The position numbers and the translations under genes are program-made. Positions 28,754 through 37,939 of a stretch of 64,000 bases of DNA are shown here, one piece after another. Numbering within the stretch: the first letter of the stretch is position 1; each line of letters opens with the position of its first letter. The DNA is from a virus, in the IMG/VR virus record IMGVR_UViG_3300047564_002353, positions 38,000 to 101,999 of that record; one strand, given 5' to 3'. Under the pieces are notes generated by a model. That model did no database searches and was not told where the DNA came from. It saw only the letters and a list, made by a program, of their open reading frames with translations.

Positions 28754-29119
28754 ATGGCTAACGTTTCTATGGTCGCCGGTTGGCAACTGTTGAGAAGTTT
28801 TCGTGATGTAGAAGAACGAGCTAACAAAATTGGTCTGAAATTTGCTCCTAGCAAATATAGCGGAATGGAATTTGATACTATCGCTCTTATTCCGCTTGAT
28901 GAACATTTACCAATTTACAACAGAGAAGCAGAAATATTTACAGGCACATTACAAGATATTAACAGTTGGATACGTGGTGTGGAATGGAGTCGTAATTATG
29001 ATAACCTTATGATGAGTAAGAACGATGAAAAACGTAAAACAGCAGAGAACAAGTATCAGCAAAGAGAGCTTCTTAAAGTTATCCGAGACGGTGAAAAACA
29101 AAAAAAGCTTGACAGATGA
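28754..29119 (+). CDS. Hypothetical protein
   Basis: sigma70-like promoter and AGGAG RBS. Confidence 0.7.
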   Translation: MANVSMVAGWQLLRSFRDVEERANKIGLKFAPSKYSGMEFDTIALIPLDEHLPIYNREAEIFTGTLQDINSWIRGVEWSRNYDNLMMSKNDEKRKTAENKYQQRELLKVIRDGEKQKKLDR

Positions 29120-29248
29120 TATAGATATGGAAAAATATATCTGTGAAGGCTGCGGTACAAAATACTTTGATACCGGTCTTTACTTTTATGGTAAGCCCAG
29201 CACAAAATGTCTTTGGTGTACTAAGTTTCCTAAACAGAAAGAACGTAG

Positions 29249-29446
29249 ATGAAAATCAATATGACTTGTTCTGAATGTAATACTGCCGTGACAAATGGAC
29301 AAGGATGGTTTTGTACTAATTATCATAAAATCTCAGGATACTTTTGCTCTACCTGTTATGACAAGATATCGCACGACAGTTACGGTCGTCCAGAAAGACC
29401 CAATGATTATTTGTTAATGTTAATCAAACACGGAGTTAAACAATGA
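29249..29446 (+). CDS. Small Zn-ribbon protein
   Basis: CSEC...CSTC. Confidence 0.55.
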   Translation: MKINMTCSECNTAVTNGQGWFCTNYHKISGYFCSTCYDKISHDSYGRPERPNDYLLMLIKHGVKQ

Positions 29447-29697
29447 ACGAACGAATTCGAGAATGTTGGCTTAAGGCTGCTAGAGAAGATTCTGATGACA
29501 AATGGGATACACAAGAACAATTTATTGAAAGATTCGCCGAGTTGATTATACAGGAATGTGTTGAACAAATTCAGATTTGTTCTGAGCAAATTAAAAATGA
29601 TGACGGATATGCTGACGATAATATTTGGCCTATAATGCAGTCTATAGTAGATGCGGTAGCAATTGATGTTAAAGAACATTTTGGAGTTGAATCATGA
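29443..29697 (+). CDS. MNERI/FAELIV family small protein
   Basis: MNERIRE...RFAELIIQEC...KEHFGVE. Confidence 0.7.
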   Translation: MNERIRECWLKAAREDSDDKWDTQEQFIERFAELIIQECVEQIQICSEQIKNDDGYADDNIWPIMQSIVDAVAIDVKEHFGVES

Positions 29698-29903
29698 TAT
29701 ACACACTATTCATTTGGACTGTGGTTGCTGCCAGCGTAGAATCACATTTGCCCGCACACAAGCACATGGACTGGCGACCACTGGCTACAGTGGAGTCATA
29801 TGAGTTGGATAAATCTCATGACAAGATGATGGCCAAATGCGAAGGTGTTGCACAACAATTAAACATTCCCAAAGATAGATATCGTTGCATTAGGACGAAA
29901 TGA
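29694..29903 (+). CDS. Small exported protein
   Basis: Hydrophobic N-terminus, two Cys. Confidence 0.55.
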   Translation: MIYTLFIWTVVAASVESHLPAHKHMDWRPLATVESYELDKSHDKMMAKCEGVAQQLNIPKDRYRCIRTK

Positions 29904-29911
29904 GGTAAACA

Positions 29912-30112
29912 ATGAACGAGCAAGTTGAAGCGATGTGGCGTGATCCTAGATTCCAACTGCTATCTGATTTGGATCGTCTACTAGATAGTAGCAAGATATG
30001 GGGAGGTATGGAATGGGTATATCATCCTATCCATCCAGCTAAGTATCGTCCAATGGCTGAACGAGTACGAGCAGAGTTGGGTAAGCTTTACGAAGAATAT
30101 GGAGTAGAATAA
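29912..30112 (+). CDS. Small protein with MNE.../YGVE ends
   Basis: GAGG RBS; ends shared with the MNERI family. Confidence 0.6.
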   Translation: MNEQVEAMWRDPRFQLLSDLDRLLDSSKIWGGMEWVYHPIHPAKYRPMAERVRAELGKLYEEYGVE

Positions 30113-30255
30113 TGCCTAGGTTTATTGTTGATCTATGGCTAGATGGTTATGAAACCGAAGAAGAAATGATAGAAGCCTGTGAAGAATTTATCTACGAACA
30201 ATTAAACTTCACAGCCAGCTCAGTTAAGATAGAGAGAATAGAGGAAACGGAATGA
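30112..30255 (+). CDS. Small acidic hypothetical protein
   Basis: MPRFIVDLWLDGYETEEEMIEACEEFIYEQL...; coupled to genes on both sides. Confidence 0.6.
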   Translation: MPRFIVDLWLDGYETEEEMIEACEEFIYEQLNFTASSVKIERIEETE

Positions 30256-30464
30256 ACGAACGAATTCGAGATCTAGTTAGAGAATCCAATTTGGATGTGT
30301 ATGGATTAGGCAAAGACAGGTATAAGTGGGAATACACTATAGAAAAGTTCACCGAGTCGATTGTGAAAGAATGCGGCGTAGCACTAAGTCCTATGTTGCG
30401 TGATATGGTCAGTAGGGGACAAGCATACGATTTGATTAAAGAACATTTCGGAGTTGAAGAATGA
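30252..30464 (+). CDS. MNERI/FAELIV family small protein
   Basis: MNERIRD...EKFTESIVKEC...IKEHFGVEE. Confidence 0.7.
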   Translation: MNERIRDLVRESNLDVYGLGKDRYKWEYTIEKFTESIVKECGVALSPMLRDMVSRGQAYDLIKEHFGVEE

Positions 30465-30584
30465 AAAAATTTATCATACTAACTTGTATTTTGTTAACTG
30501 GCTGTAGTGTTATACAAACTACAAGAAACGAAATTAATAACGAGATAACTGGTTTCAAAGAAGATTGGATTAGGACATTTCATC

Positions 30585-30782
30585 GTGAACGAACGAATTA
30601 AAGAACTAATGTTAAGCAAAGGCTTACACAAAAACATCAGTGAAGACTGTCAACATCGTATGGAAATGCTGGCTGAATTGATTGTAGAAGAATGTGCTTA
30701 CGCTGTACAAGATTTTGTGAATCATCGTCGGCCGGCTAGCGAGTACCCTGAACTTTTAAAACATCACTTTGGAGTAAAATAA
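30585..30782 (+). CDS. MNERI/FAELIV family small protein
   Basis: MNERIKE...LAELIVEEC...KHHFGVK. Confidence 0.7.
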   Translation: MNERIKELMLSKGLHKNISEDCQHRMEMLAELIVEECAYAVQDFVNHRRPASEYPELLKHHFGVK

Positions 30783-30838
30783 TGTTCTGGTTTATGATAT
30801 CAGTAGTAATGATTGTTTGGATTTTGAAGGATTGAATA

Positions 30839-31123
30839 ATGAATATCCCAAGAGTTTCGTCTGCTTTATTACACGAAGTATCACAATGGTCCATTAGAAA
30901 TGATCAGGTGCAACGATGGCATGCAGAAAAGAATAGAGAAGTTAACTATGAAGAACAAAGTAAACTTCTAGCTTTACAGGAAGCTAACAGATTACTTCGA
31001 AATTATAACTATCAAAAAGATACAGAATGGATTAAAAACTACGAGTTTTATGAATCCATTAAAGAACAGAGACTGTTAGCACAAAGCACTGTTAGAGGAA
31101 TCTTTATTGATAGATATGTTTAA
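30839..31123 (+). CDS. Hypothetical protein
   Basis: 94 aa ORF in the operon. Confidence 0.6.
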   Translation: MNIPRVSSALLHEVSQWSIRNDQVQRWHAEKNREVNYEEQSKLLALQEANRLLRNYNYQKDTEWIKNYEFYESIKEQRLLAQSTVRGIFIDRYV

Positions 31124-31142
31124 TCTTTAAGAGGAATACTTC

Positions 31143-31397
31143 ATGAACGATCCTTTTCGTAAAATTGCAGAAGACACACACTTTAATATCTATATGAGTG
31201 ATCTATGGACTGGCACCGCACGACGATTTGCTGAAGCTATCGTTGAAGAATGTGCTCAGTGCTGTGGCTCACAAGCAGATATGCGAAACATTCGAAAACG
31301 TTTTAGTCTATCTGTAGAAAGTAATATAAAATATCCTAGTCCAGAAGCACAAGGCCATCATTCACAATATGATAGAGAACTCAATTTGAAACAATGA
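31143..31397 (+). CDS. MNERI/FAELIV family-related protein
   Basis: RFAEAIVEEC. Confidence 0.6.
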   Translation: MNDPFRKIAEDTHFNIYMSDLWTGTARRFAEAIVEECAQCCGSQADMRNIRKRFSLSVESNIKYPSPEAQGHHSQYDRELNLKQ

Positions 31398-31648
31398 CTA
31401 GATATTATACTGTAGAATATATTGATAAGCATCCGTCATATGACTACGATATCTATTGTATGGAACATTATACAGAGGATCGTGTATTAGAGGAATATTG
31501 GGCATATTGGATTGATAAAATAATCAAGTTGGGTCGTATGCAAATTGCTCTAAGCCCTAATGTAAAAGAATACTGTATAGAAGATTGGTGCATAGGACAA
31601 TTAGCCGCTAGAAATCATTGGTTAGAAGCACAGGATTTATATACTTAA
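31394..31648 (+). CDS. Hypothetical protein
   Basis: E..VLEEYW.YW...CIEDWC motif. Confidence 0.6.
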   Translation: MTRYYTVEYIDKHPSYDYDIYCMEHYTEDRVLEEYWAYWIDKIIKLGRMQIALSPNVKEYCIEDWCIGQLAARNHWLEAQDLYT

Positions 31649-31791
31649 AGGATAGAGTATGATAGGTGAAATGATAGTGTGGGGATTCTTCTCTGCAATA
31701 GGATGGATGGCTGCTAACTGGACCGTAGGAAAAGTGTTTCCAGATGCTCCGCCAGCTCAAGTTCAACCAGAAAAGAAAGAAGAAAAGAAAA

Positions 31792-32013
31792 ATGAAAACA
31801 TTTGATACATTCGAAGAAGTAGTCGGAATGGAGCATTGTATGAAGAGACCCGTTGTGGTTCATGCTAAGAAGATGCACGAAGAATTCCGAGTTAATACCT
31901 TAGAAGGCAACTACAAACAAGGTAAACCTGGAGACTATCTCATGCGAGGTATCGACGGCGAGCTGTATATTTGTGACGGTGCAATTTTCGAACGAACTTA
32001 CGACTTTGTTTAA
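31792..32013 (+). CDS. PGDYG-like protein
   Basis: TLEG....GKPGDYLMRGIDGELYIC...IFERTY. Confidence 0.7.
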   Translation: MKTFDTFEEVVGMEHCMKRPVVVHAKKMHEEFRVNTLEGNYKQGKPGDYLMRGIDGELYICDGAIFERTYDFV

Positions 32014-32060
32014 GAATAACACTTGACAAAATACACTGAAGATAGTATTGTAATGAATAA

Positions 32061-32136
32061 GCACTGATAGCTCAATGGTTAGAGCTAGAGTCTCTAAAGC
32101 TTTAGGTTATGGGTTCGAGTCCCATTCAGTGCACCA
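32061..32136 (+). tRNA. tRNA with CUA anticodon (amber suppressor)
   Basis: Acceptor GCACTGA/TCAGTGC + A-CCA; D-arm GCTC/GAGC; anticodon stem AGAGT/GCTTT with loop CTCTAAA; T-arm ATGGG-TTCGAGT-CCCAT; TTGACA promoter at 32023. Confidence 0.85.
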
Positions 32137-32153
32137 ACTATATAGGAATCAAT

Positions 32154-32408
32154 ATGCCTTATAATTTTGAACTAGCAGCCAGCGCAGAAGTAACTGCGGA
32201 TGTGGTTAAAGAAATGGTTTGTAATCTTGTACAGGAACAAACTGGAAAACATATTGTAGATGTAAAAGTATCCATCATAGAAGGACAGTTCCAAGGCTTT
32301 AAATTAATTTTTGAATCTGAACAAGCTGAATTGGTTTCTGATACAAAACCCATTGACAAAAAACCTAAAGTAATTGATAAAAAATGGAAACCCTTTATCT
32401 GGGAATAA
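32154..32408 (+). CDS. Hypothetical protein
   Basis: AGGA RBS, start MPYNFEL. Confidence 0.65.
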   Translation: MPYNFELAASAEVTADVVKEMVCNLVQEQTGKHIVDVKVSIIEGQFQGFKLIFESEQAELVSDTKPIDKKPKVIDKKWKPFIWE

Positions 32409-32435
32409 TAAATAACTTTTTAAGGAGAAATAAAA

Positions 32436-33005
32436 ATGTCGTAGATTGAATTTGCTTGTACCGACTTAGTTTTCCACTTCAATAAGAAGCACTTGGAAGA
32501 CTCGACCATTCCTATGTGGGTCGTTAAATTTCATGGGGAAACTTACTATGTAGAGCACGTTGATTGTGAAGTAGCGTGGAGCACTAAAGAAACGCCGGAC
32601 AACAGTCATACCAAAGGCAGTATCAAAGTCAAAAATGTATTACTGACTATAGACGACGATAACTGTGCCCGTATTACAACTCTTACCCTAATCGATAAAA
32701 TAAGACTGCGTAACCAAAAGTTAGGCATTACTCGTATTATTTTTCGTTACGGCGATAAGATGCATAACGCTCTACAAAAAAACGAATATAAACACAGTCC
32801 ATTTAAGAACGTCAGCGGCGGTTGTGGTACCAGCTGGGTAGTCTGTGATTTACTCAAAAAAACAGAGTTCACTTTGGCTAGCCTAAAATACTCAACGGAC
32901 TTTAGAGTACTCAAACCAAATGAAGCATACTACAAGGCATACGATGCTCCTGGTACTTATATTGACGAAGATGATTATGAAGAATTTGACACAGAAGAGG
33001 AGTGA
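32436..33005 (+). CDS. Hypothetical protein with an in-frame TAG at codon 3 (amber read-through candidate)
   Basis: TAAATA (32409) and AAGGAG RBS, then ATG TCG TAG ATT GAA..., in frame with track ORF 32493..33005. Confidence 0.7.
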
Positions 33006-33014
33006 TAGTATAAT

Positions 33015-33209
33015 ATGAAAATGAAGAAATATGCAATTAATAGACAGAATCTAAACGAAATACTAGGTGAACTGGCAGCACTAAGATTGAAACCAAGCGA
33101 ACATTATGTTATTGGTTATCATAAAGATCCATACCAACCAATCTTAGAATTCAAAGATCCTAGACACGAACTATTATGGAGAGTTGCAGTTGGCTATAAG
33201 TACGCCTAG
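33015..33209 (+). CDS. F-x-L-K/R-W family-related small protein
   Basis: EFKDPRHELLWRV. Confidence 0.55.
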   Translation: MKMKKYAINRQNLNEILGELAALRLKPSEHYVIGYHKDPYQPILEFKDPRHELLWRVAVGYKYA

Positions 33210-33531
33210 TTGTCCTAGAGTAATTCGATTTGGTCGAGTGGCTGTGATCCACAGCCCCCAACATGGTGCTGGATGGTACAGCTGGCACGGAATCGAAGAA
33301 CTACTGTTCGATCCTGAACTGGTAGATATGATCGAACGCGGTGCCCTAGCCGAGGAAGTAGAAGCTTATTGTGACTCCCATTATCAAAATGAACATGGTT
33401 CTGCTTATTGGGGCGGAATTGACGATTTGGTTATTAAATGGATACCTGAAGGCAGTATATTTAGAATACATGAATATGACGGTGCCGAAGCAATTATTCT
33501 ACAGGATGATGACAATTGGATAGTGGCATAA
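33184..33531 (+). CDS. Hypothetical phage protein
   Basis: VAV..SP..GAGWYSW; F.I.EYDGAE; exact start uncertain. Confidence 0.65.
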   Translation: MQLAISTPSCPRVIRFGRVAVIHSPQHGAGWYSWHGIEELLFDPELVDMIERGALAEEVEAYCDSHYQNEHGSAYWGGIDDLVIKWIPEGSIFRIHEYDGAEAIILQDDDNWIVA

Positions 33532-33746
33532 TTAAAGTTCTGATCACTGATCACGGACTCAAAAACTACGATCAGGCAAGATTACATTTTATTGATGCCA
33601 GCATTTGGGCATTAAAAAACTGTCGTAGCTTTCAAGGATACGAGATTGTAGAAACAGCAGATGTCAGTTATGAATGGGATCAGATAGCAGAATATCGATT
33701 TAAAGATCCTCGTGATGTTACACTTTTTAAATTAGCTTGGCTATGA
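33516..33746 (+). CDS. F-x-L-K/R-W family small protein
   Basis: C-terminal FKDPRDVTLFKLAWL. Confidence 0.65.
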   Translation: MDSGIIKVLITDHGLKNYDQARLHFIDASIWALKNCRSFQGYEIVETADVSYEWDQIAEYRFKDPRDVTLFKLAWL

Positions 33747-33958
33747 ATCAACTACTTAAAGATATTATCTATATACTGCTTGTATTTGCCTTAATCTATA
33801 TAATGTTTTATCTTGGCACTAGGCACAATACCTTAGAAGAAAAAATGGCAAGATACGATTGCAGTCTATCAGAATTTGTTCCAGATGTTCCTCCGGAAGT
33901 CAGAGCGGAATGCCGTCGTAGAGCTATCGAACGTATTAATCAACAACAGGGTCAGTAA
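33743..33958 (+). CDS. Membrane-anchored small protein
   Basis: TM segment then YDC..SEF.PD.P.EV..ECR. Confidence 0.6.
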   Translation: MNQLLKDIIYILLVFALIYIMFYLGTRHNTLEEKMARYDCSLSEFVPDVPPEVRAECRRRAIERINQQQGQ

Positions 33959-33959
33959 A

Positions 33960-34313
33960 ATGGATTTCTTATTGGGTATTTTAACAGGCATCGCTATTGG
34001 ATTCTTTTGGGGTGTGTGGCGTGCTACACAGAGCTTTATACAACGTATAATTGAACGCCCAGAAGAAATTAAAGAAATTATGTCTAGAGTACAGCAATTA
34101 TCCAAAGAAGATAATACTACGACACCTTCTATTGATACTTCAAACGATATTAAAATTGAACATCATCAAGGCACAGTCTATCTCTACGATAGCAACAACG
34201 AATTCCTAGCACAGGGCACAGATGTTACAGCCGCATTGGATGCTGCAAAACAACGATTCCCAAATAGAAAATTTGCCTATCGGCTAAACTTGCCTGAGGA
34301 ATCTAACCAATAA
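33960..34313 (+). CDS. Membrane-anchored hypothetical protein
   Basis: N-terminal TM; YLYD...FLAQG. Confidence 0.65.
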   Translation: MDFLLGILTGIAIGFFWGVWRATQSFIQRIIERPEEIKEIMSRVQQLSKEDNTTTPSIDTSNDIKIEHHQGTVYLYDSNNEFLAQGTDVTAALDAAKQRFPNRKFAYRLNLPEESNQ

Positions 34314-34402
34314 GACTTGCAATTACAAACATAATAACTTATAATTGTGATACTGCGAACAGCAGACTTTAAAGCCTGTTTATTACTATAAGGAGATTAG
34401 GC

Positions 34403-34672
34403 ATGTTTCAAAAACTTAACAAAGGCACCAAGGCCTTCAAACTTTTCACTGCACTTTACAATGGCGAGACTTTGACTCCCGCACAAATCCAAAAACGTTT
34501 TGGCATCAAAAACGTTACCGCTGAAGTTAGTCGTGTACGTCAAGGCGGATATGCTGTCTATGCCAAGCAAGAGAAAGCCACTAACGGTGTTCGTGTTACC
34601 CGTTATGAAATGGGTATGCCAAGCCGCGCTATCGTGGCTGCTGGCTATCGTGCTCTTGCACTAGGCCTCTAA
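34403..34672 (+). CDS. Winged helix-turn-helix DNA-binding protein
   Basis: LT.AQIQKRFGIKNVTAEVSRVRQ.GYAVY; own promoter, strong RBS and terminator. Confidence 0.7.
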   Translation: MFQKLNKGTKAFKLFTALYNGETLTPAQIQKRFGIKNVTAEVSRVRQGGYAVYAKQEKATNGVRVTRYEMGMPSRAIVAAGYRALALGL

Positions 34673-34707
34673 TAAAACCCGTAGCCATCTAGTCACTGGC
34701 GGTTTTT

Positions 34708-34732
34708 AAAGCACTCTGAGGAGTGCTTTTTT
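34708..34732 (+). terminator. Intrinsic terminator
   Basis: aaagcactc-tgag-gagtgcttt followed by a T-run. Confidence 0.85.
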
Positions 34733-34763
34733 ATTGGCTTAAATATCATAAACAGGAGCGAAC

Positions 34764-34985
34764 TTGTTAATTGTAGACTATGATGATTTGGGCATTGCTA
34801 CCTATATGGTATGCAACAATCAAGGAGTGTGCCTTATTAGAACTACCAGTAGTCGTATTGCCAACTACATAGAACGACATGTACATCAAGCACATCCCGA
34901 ACTTAGACTCTTAGTAGGAGGGGATCCTGGCAGTCGTACTCCTAAACTGATTTGGCGACACATACGTAAATTCAACACCCGCTAG
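34764..34985 (+). CDS. Hypothetical protein
   Basis: AGGAGCGAAC RBS, TTG start. Confidence 0.6.
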   Translation: MLIVDYDDLGIATYMVCNNQGVCLIRTTSSRIANYIERHVHQAHPELRLLVGGDPGSRTPKLIWRHIRKFNTR

Positions 34986-35049
34986 CCACATTTATACCGG
35001 CAAGGAACTATCTGTCTTAAATATTTTCCTCAACCCTAGAGGAGAACTT

Positions 35050-35991
35050 ATGGCAACTAAAAAGCCCGCAGCTAAACCTGCAACCAAAAAACCCGCAGTA
35101 AAGAAACCCTTGGCTCGAACTAAAAAACCAGTAGCAAAACCAAAAACAGTTACCAAGGCTAAAACTACTAAAAAACCACAGGTAGTGGAATCTGTAGAAG
35201 CAGAACTAGACTTTAAACCAGTGAGCAGCTTTATGAGCTTACATGCTGCCATGGATCCAGAAGCACAACAAGCCATGATCGCTGAACAGACTAGACGTGC
35301 TTTTGATGTAGAAGCTTATGTACAGTTTAATGTAGCTCAAACTCAAGTGGCCCGTTCAATCGTAGAAGAAAACGTCACTGACGCCATGCAATCTTGGGCC
35401 ATTAACGCCGGCGGTAATAGAGAAATGATCATGCGTACTACCGATGATGTATATCGTAATCGTCTTATGATGTTGAACTTGCTGAAACCAGAAACAGCTG
35501 AACAGGCCGCATTCCAAGAATCAATGATTAACAAAACTAAATTGGAATACCTACAACATCGTAATCTAATGAATCGTCGTATGGTAGAAATTGCACAGGA
35601 AATGGCCACTGCTATTAAGAACATTGGCACAGCCAGTGAAAAGTTCTATCACGCCAACGAAGAAATGGCAGCATTTATTTCAGATGTAGCCACAGAAAAT
35701 GCTCAATGGCTTGACGGCGGTCTACGTGACGAAATGCGTGAAGCTACCAACATCACTAACGATCAACGTATCCAGCATACCATGGAAGTTAGCCAACTCC
35801 TAGCTAAAGATGCACAGACTAATCGTGTGCGTATTAAGGAAGTAGCAGAATTCGCACAGGGCCTAGGCGACAGCCTACAAGAACTACAGGAAAACGGTAA
35901 CGAACTACGCGAAGAAGTTATTACTCTACGCGAAAGCATTGATGCTAATCAGCGCAGAGTAGCGGATACTATCGTTGGAAAACGTAGATAA
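35050..35991 (+). CDS. Coiled-coil protein with a Lys/Ala/Pro-rich (histone H1-like) N-terminus
   Basis: ATKKPAAKPATKKPAVKK followed by long amphipathic helices. Confidence 0.75.
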   Translation: MATKKPAAKPATKKPAVKKPLARTKKPVAKPKTVTKAKTTKKPQVVESVEAELDFKPVSSFMSLHAAMDPEAQQAMIAEQTRRAFDVEAYVQFNVAQTQVARSIVEENVTDAMQSWAINAGGNREMIMRTTDDVYRNRLMMLNLLKPETAEQAAFQESMINKTKLEYLQHRNLMNRRMVEIAQEMATAIKNIGTASEKFYHANEEMAAFISDVATENAQWLDGGLRDEMREATNITNDQRIQHTMEVSQLLAKDAQTNRVRIKEVAEFAQGLGDSLQELQENGNELREEVITLRESIDANQRRVADTIVGKRR

Positions 35992-36229
35992 AATACTGCT
36001 GAAATCTGAGCCTCCTTCAGTGACCGACATGGTAGTACCCTGGAAGAGGCGCAGTAGACTACGTCGTATACTGACTCAAATTAGACGTATACGACGCAGT
36101 CAACCACATCTTGCTCTAGAATATCGCAGAGAAAATCAAGATGTTTATATCACACTACGCAACGAACGAGATTTTCTACTGTTCAAATTGATGTGGCCTC
36201 AAGACTTGCCACAGTGGCGCAGAGTCTAA
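35975..36229 (+). CDS. F-x-L-K/R-W family small protein
   Basis: LRNERDFLLFKLMWP. Confidence 0.6.
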   Translation: MENVDKILLKSEPPSVTDMVVPWKRRSRLRRILTQIRRIRRSQPHLALEYRRENQDVYITLRNERDFLLFKLMWPQDLPQWRRV

Positions 36230-36613
36230 ATACGGCGTAGCCGCCGCGGTACTGATAAGTACTGTATGTGGACCATTAATATCTTCTTCTTCCTAGCTGT
36301 ATTCCTGGCTATACGTCAAGGGGATCTCTGGGCCTTCGCTGTAATTATACCCTCTTATTTGTACTTGCTGAACCTTATTACTAACATGGAAGAAGACAAT
36401 GGAACTGATCTCACTACTACGAGCTCCCGCAGCTATAGCGATTACCCTGATACTGGGCTATTGGATGGTCAAGAGCATAATTTGGGTACAGAATCAAAAG
36501 GACGAAGAGATAGCTCGTCTGAATAGAGAACGCAATGATGTGGATTAATGCAATTTATCTTATAGCTGTTATTTGGGCTCTACTGGCCATTTGGATCGCT
36601 TACTTACAATAAT

Positions 36614-36835
36614 ATGTGGATACTACTAATCAGCCTATACTTACCGCAATCACTAGGCCAAACTCAGAGCAAAGGTATTATACATGCTCCACAACCCGGC
36701 TACGAACAATGCCAAAAAGAACGTGATCGTGTACAACAATCATGGCACTTGGATGGATATCGAACCAGTGCTAGATGTATATACATTAAACACTACAGTA
36801 CAAACAACGGAGCTTACAATGAATCAACTAAATGA
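36614..36835 (+). CDS. Small exported protein
   Basis: MWILLI...YEQC...ARC. Confidence 0.55.
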   Translation: MWILLISLYLPQSLGQTQSKGIIHAPQPGYEQCQKERDRVQQSWHLDGYRTSARCIYIKHYSTNNGAYNESTK

Positions 36836-37013
36836 ATACTTATGGGATAACCCAGCACCCGCTCCAGCTAGTGATAACAGCGAAGAAACTACAAATAAAG
36901 TTGAAGATACTCTAGCATGGCTTATAGGTGTAACCAGTATAGTCATCCTAGTATTGAGCACAGCATATACAATAGTCTCTATGTGGGAACGATTATAAAC
37001 CAAATCATAGCTT

Positions 37014-37238
37014 AGGCCCCGCTGCGCACTTTAACGATATTGAGAACGAATTATGATATTCCCTGAACTACCTAAACGATTTAATCAACAGTTGATTATA
37101 GCACAGACACCGCCACAGCTGAACACTGTAGAGGATACTGGCAACATACAAGAAGACAAGGCCCCGCTGCGCGGTATTACTGTAGAAGAATGGTGGCAGC
37201 AACATGGACTGGCTACAGATACACTAGGCCCCGCTGCG
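37014..37238 (+). repeat. Three copies of 13-bp AGGCCCCGCTGCG
   Basis: At 37014, 37159 and 37226. Confidence 0.85.
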
Positions 37239-37358
37239 AGATCTAGCAGAGAACCCATAGATTGGCTAGCACGAGATGCGTGGGAATTCTATGCGTTATG
37301 CGTGTTTATGGTAACTTGGATTGTGTACTGGTATGGCAGTCATAGAGGCTTGTGGTGA
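37053..37358 (+). CDS. Hypothetical protein with C-terminal TM
   Basis: 101 aa ORF. Confidence 0.45.
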   Translation: MIFPELPKRFNQQLIIAQTPPQLNTVEDTGNIQEDKAPLRGITVEEWWQQHGLATDTLGPAARSSREPIDWLARDAWEFYALCVFMVTWIVYWYGSHRGLW

Positions 37359-37545
37359 AAACTATTATAGCTTGGATCACTATTGCAGCACAGACTATCG
37401 TGCAAGTATTGGCGGCTATTGGTTCTGCACATATTTGGTAGAAAGTATTTTAGCATAGCCTCTCGTGACCCCGACCATAGAAATTCTTCCTAACCATTCC
37501 TCACCATAGGGGCCTCTAGTCCGAACCATTCGGCCAAGGTCCGTC

Positions 37546-37602
37546 ACACAATTCAACACTTTTCTACACAATGTCACACAATTCTGACACAATTAGACAC
37601 TT
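37546..37602. repeat. Helically phased ACAC(AAT) repeats
   Basis: ACAC at 37546, 37556, 37566, 37576, 37587, 37597. Confidence 0.75.
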
Positions 37603-37712
37603 AGATGTCAATTTTCCCTGACAATCCGTATCTAGAATAGAGAATTTTAGCAAAATCGTACTAAAAAAGACACTGTGTTGCTCTTTTATTAAACTAGATT
37701 ATTAATATACTA

Positions 37713-37837
37713 AGTTAGTGTTCACTAACTGTTAACCAAACCAAAAGATTGCTGGTTGTACAATTTCTAGGTTAGTAAGCGCTTACTGATACAGTTGCTA
37801 TAGTATTAACACAGATATATGTTAGTAAGTACTTACT
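37713..37837. promoter_or_regulatory. Palindromic sites AGTAAGYRCTTACT (three copies; fourth at 44087)
   Basis: AGTAAGCGCTTACT 37774, AGTAAGTACTTACT 37824, degenerate copy 37713. Confidence 0.6.
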
Positions 37838-37939
37838 GTATCTAGAAACGGCAGGCACCCTCCACGTCCATCCCCAGACACGCTGTTCGAACCGTTGGAC
37901 CTAGGAGTTGTTGTTTTTGTTCGCTCTCTTAGTGTGTAT

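Noticed and set aside
32061-32136. Reading this tRNA as Arg(UCU)
   Set aside because: Stem register centres CTA with U33 and A37; a TCT register breaks the stem, and A20 is absent
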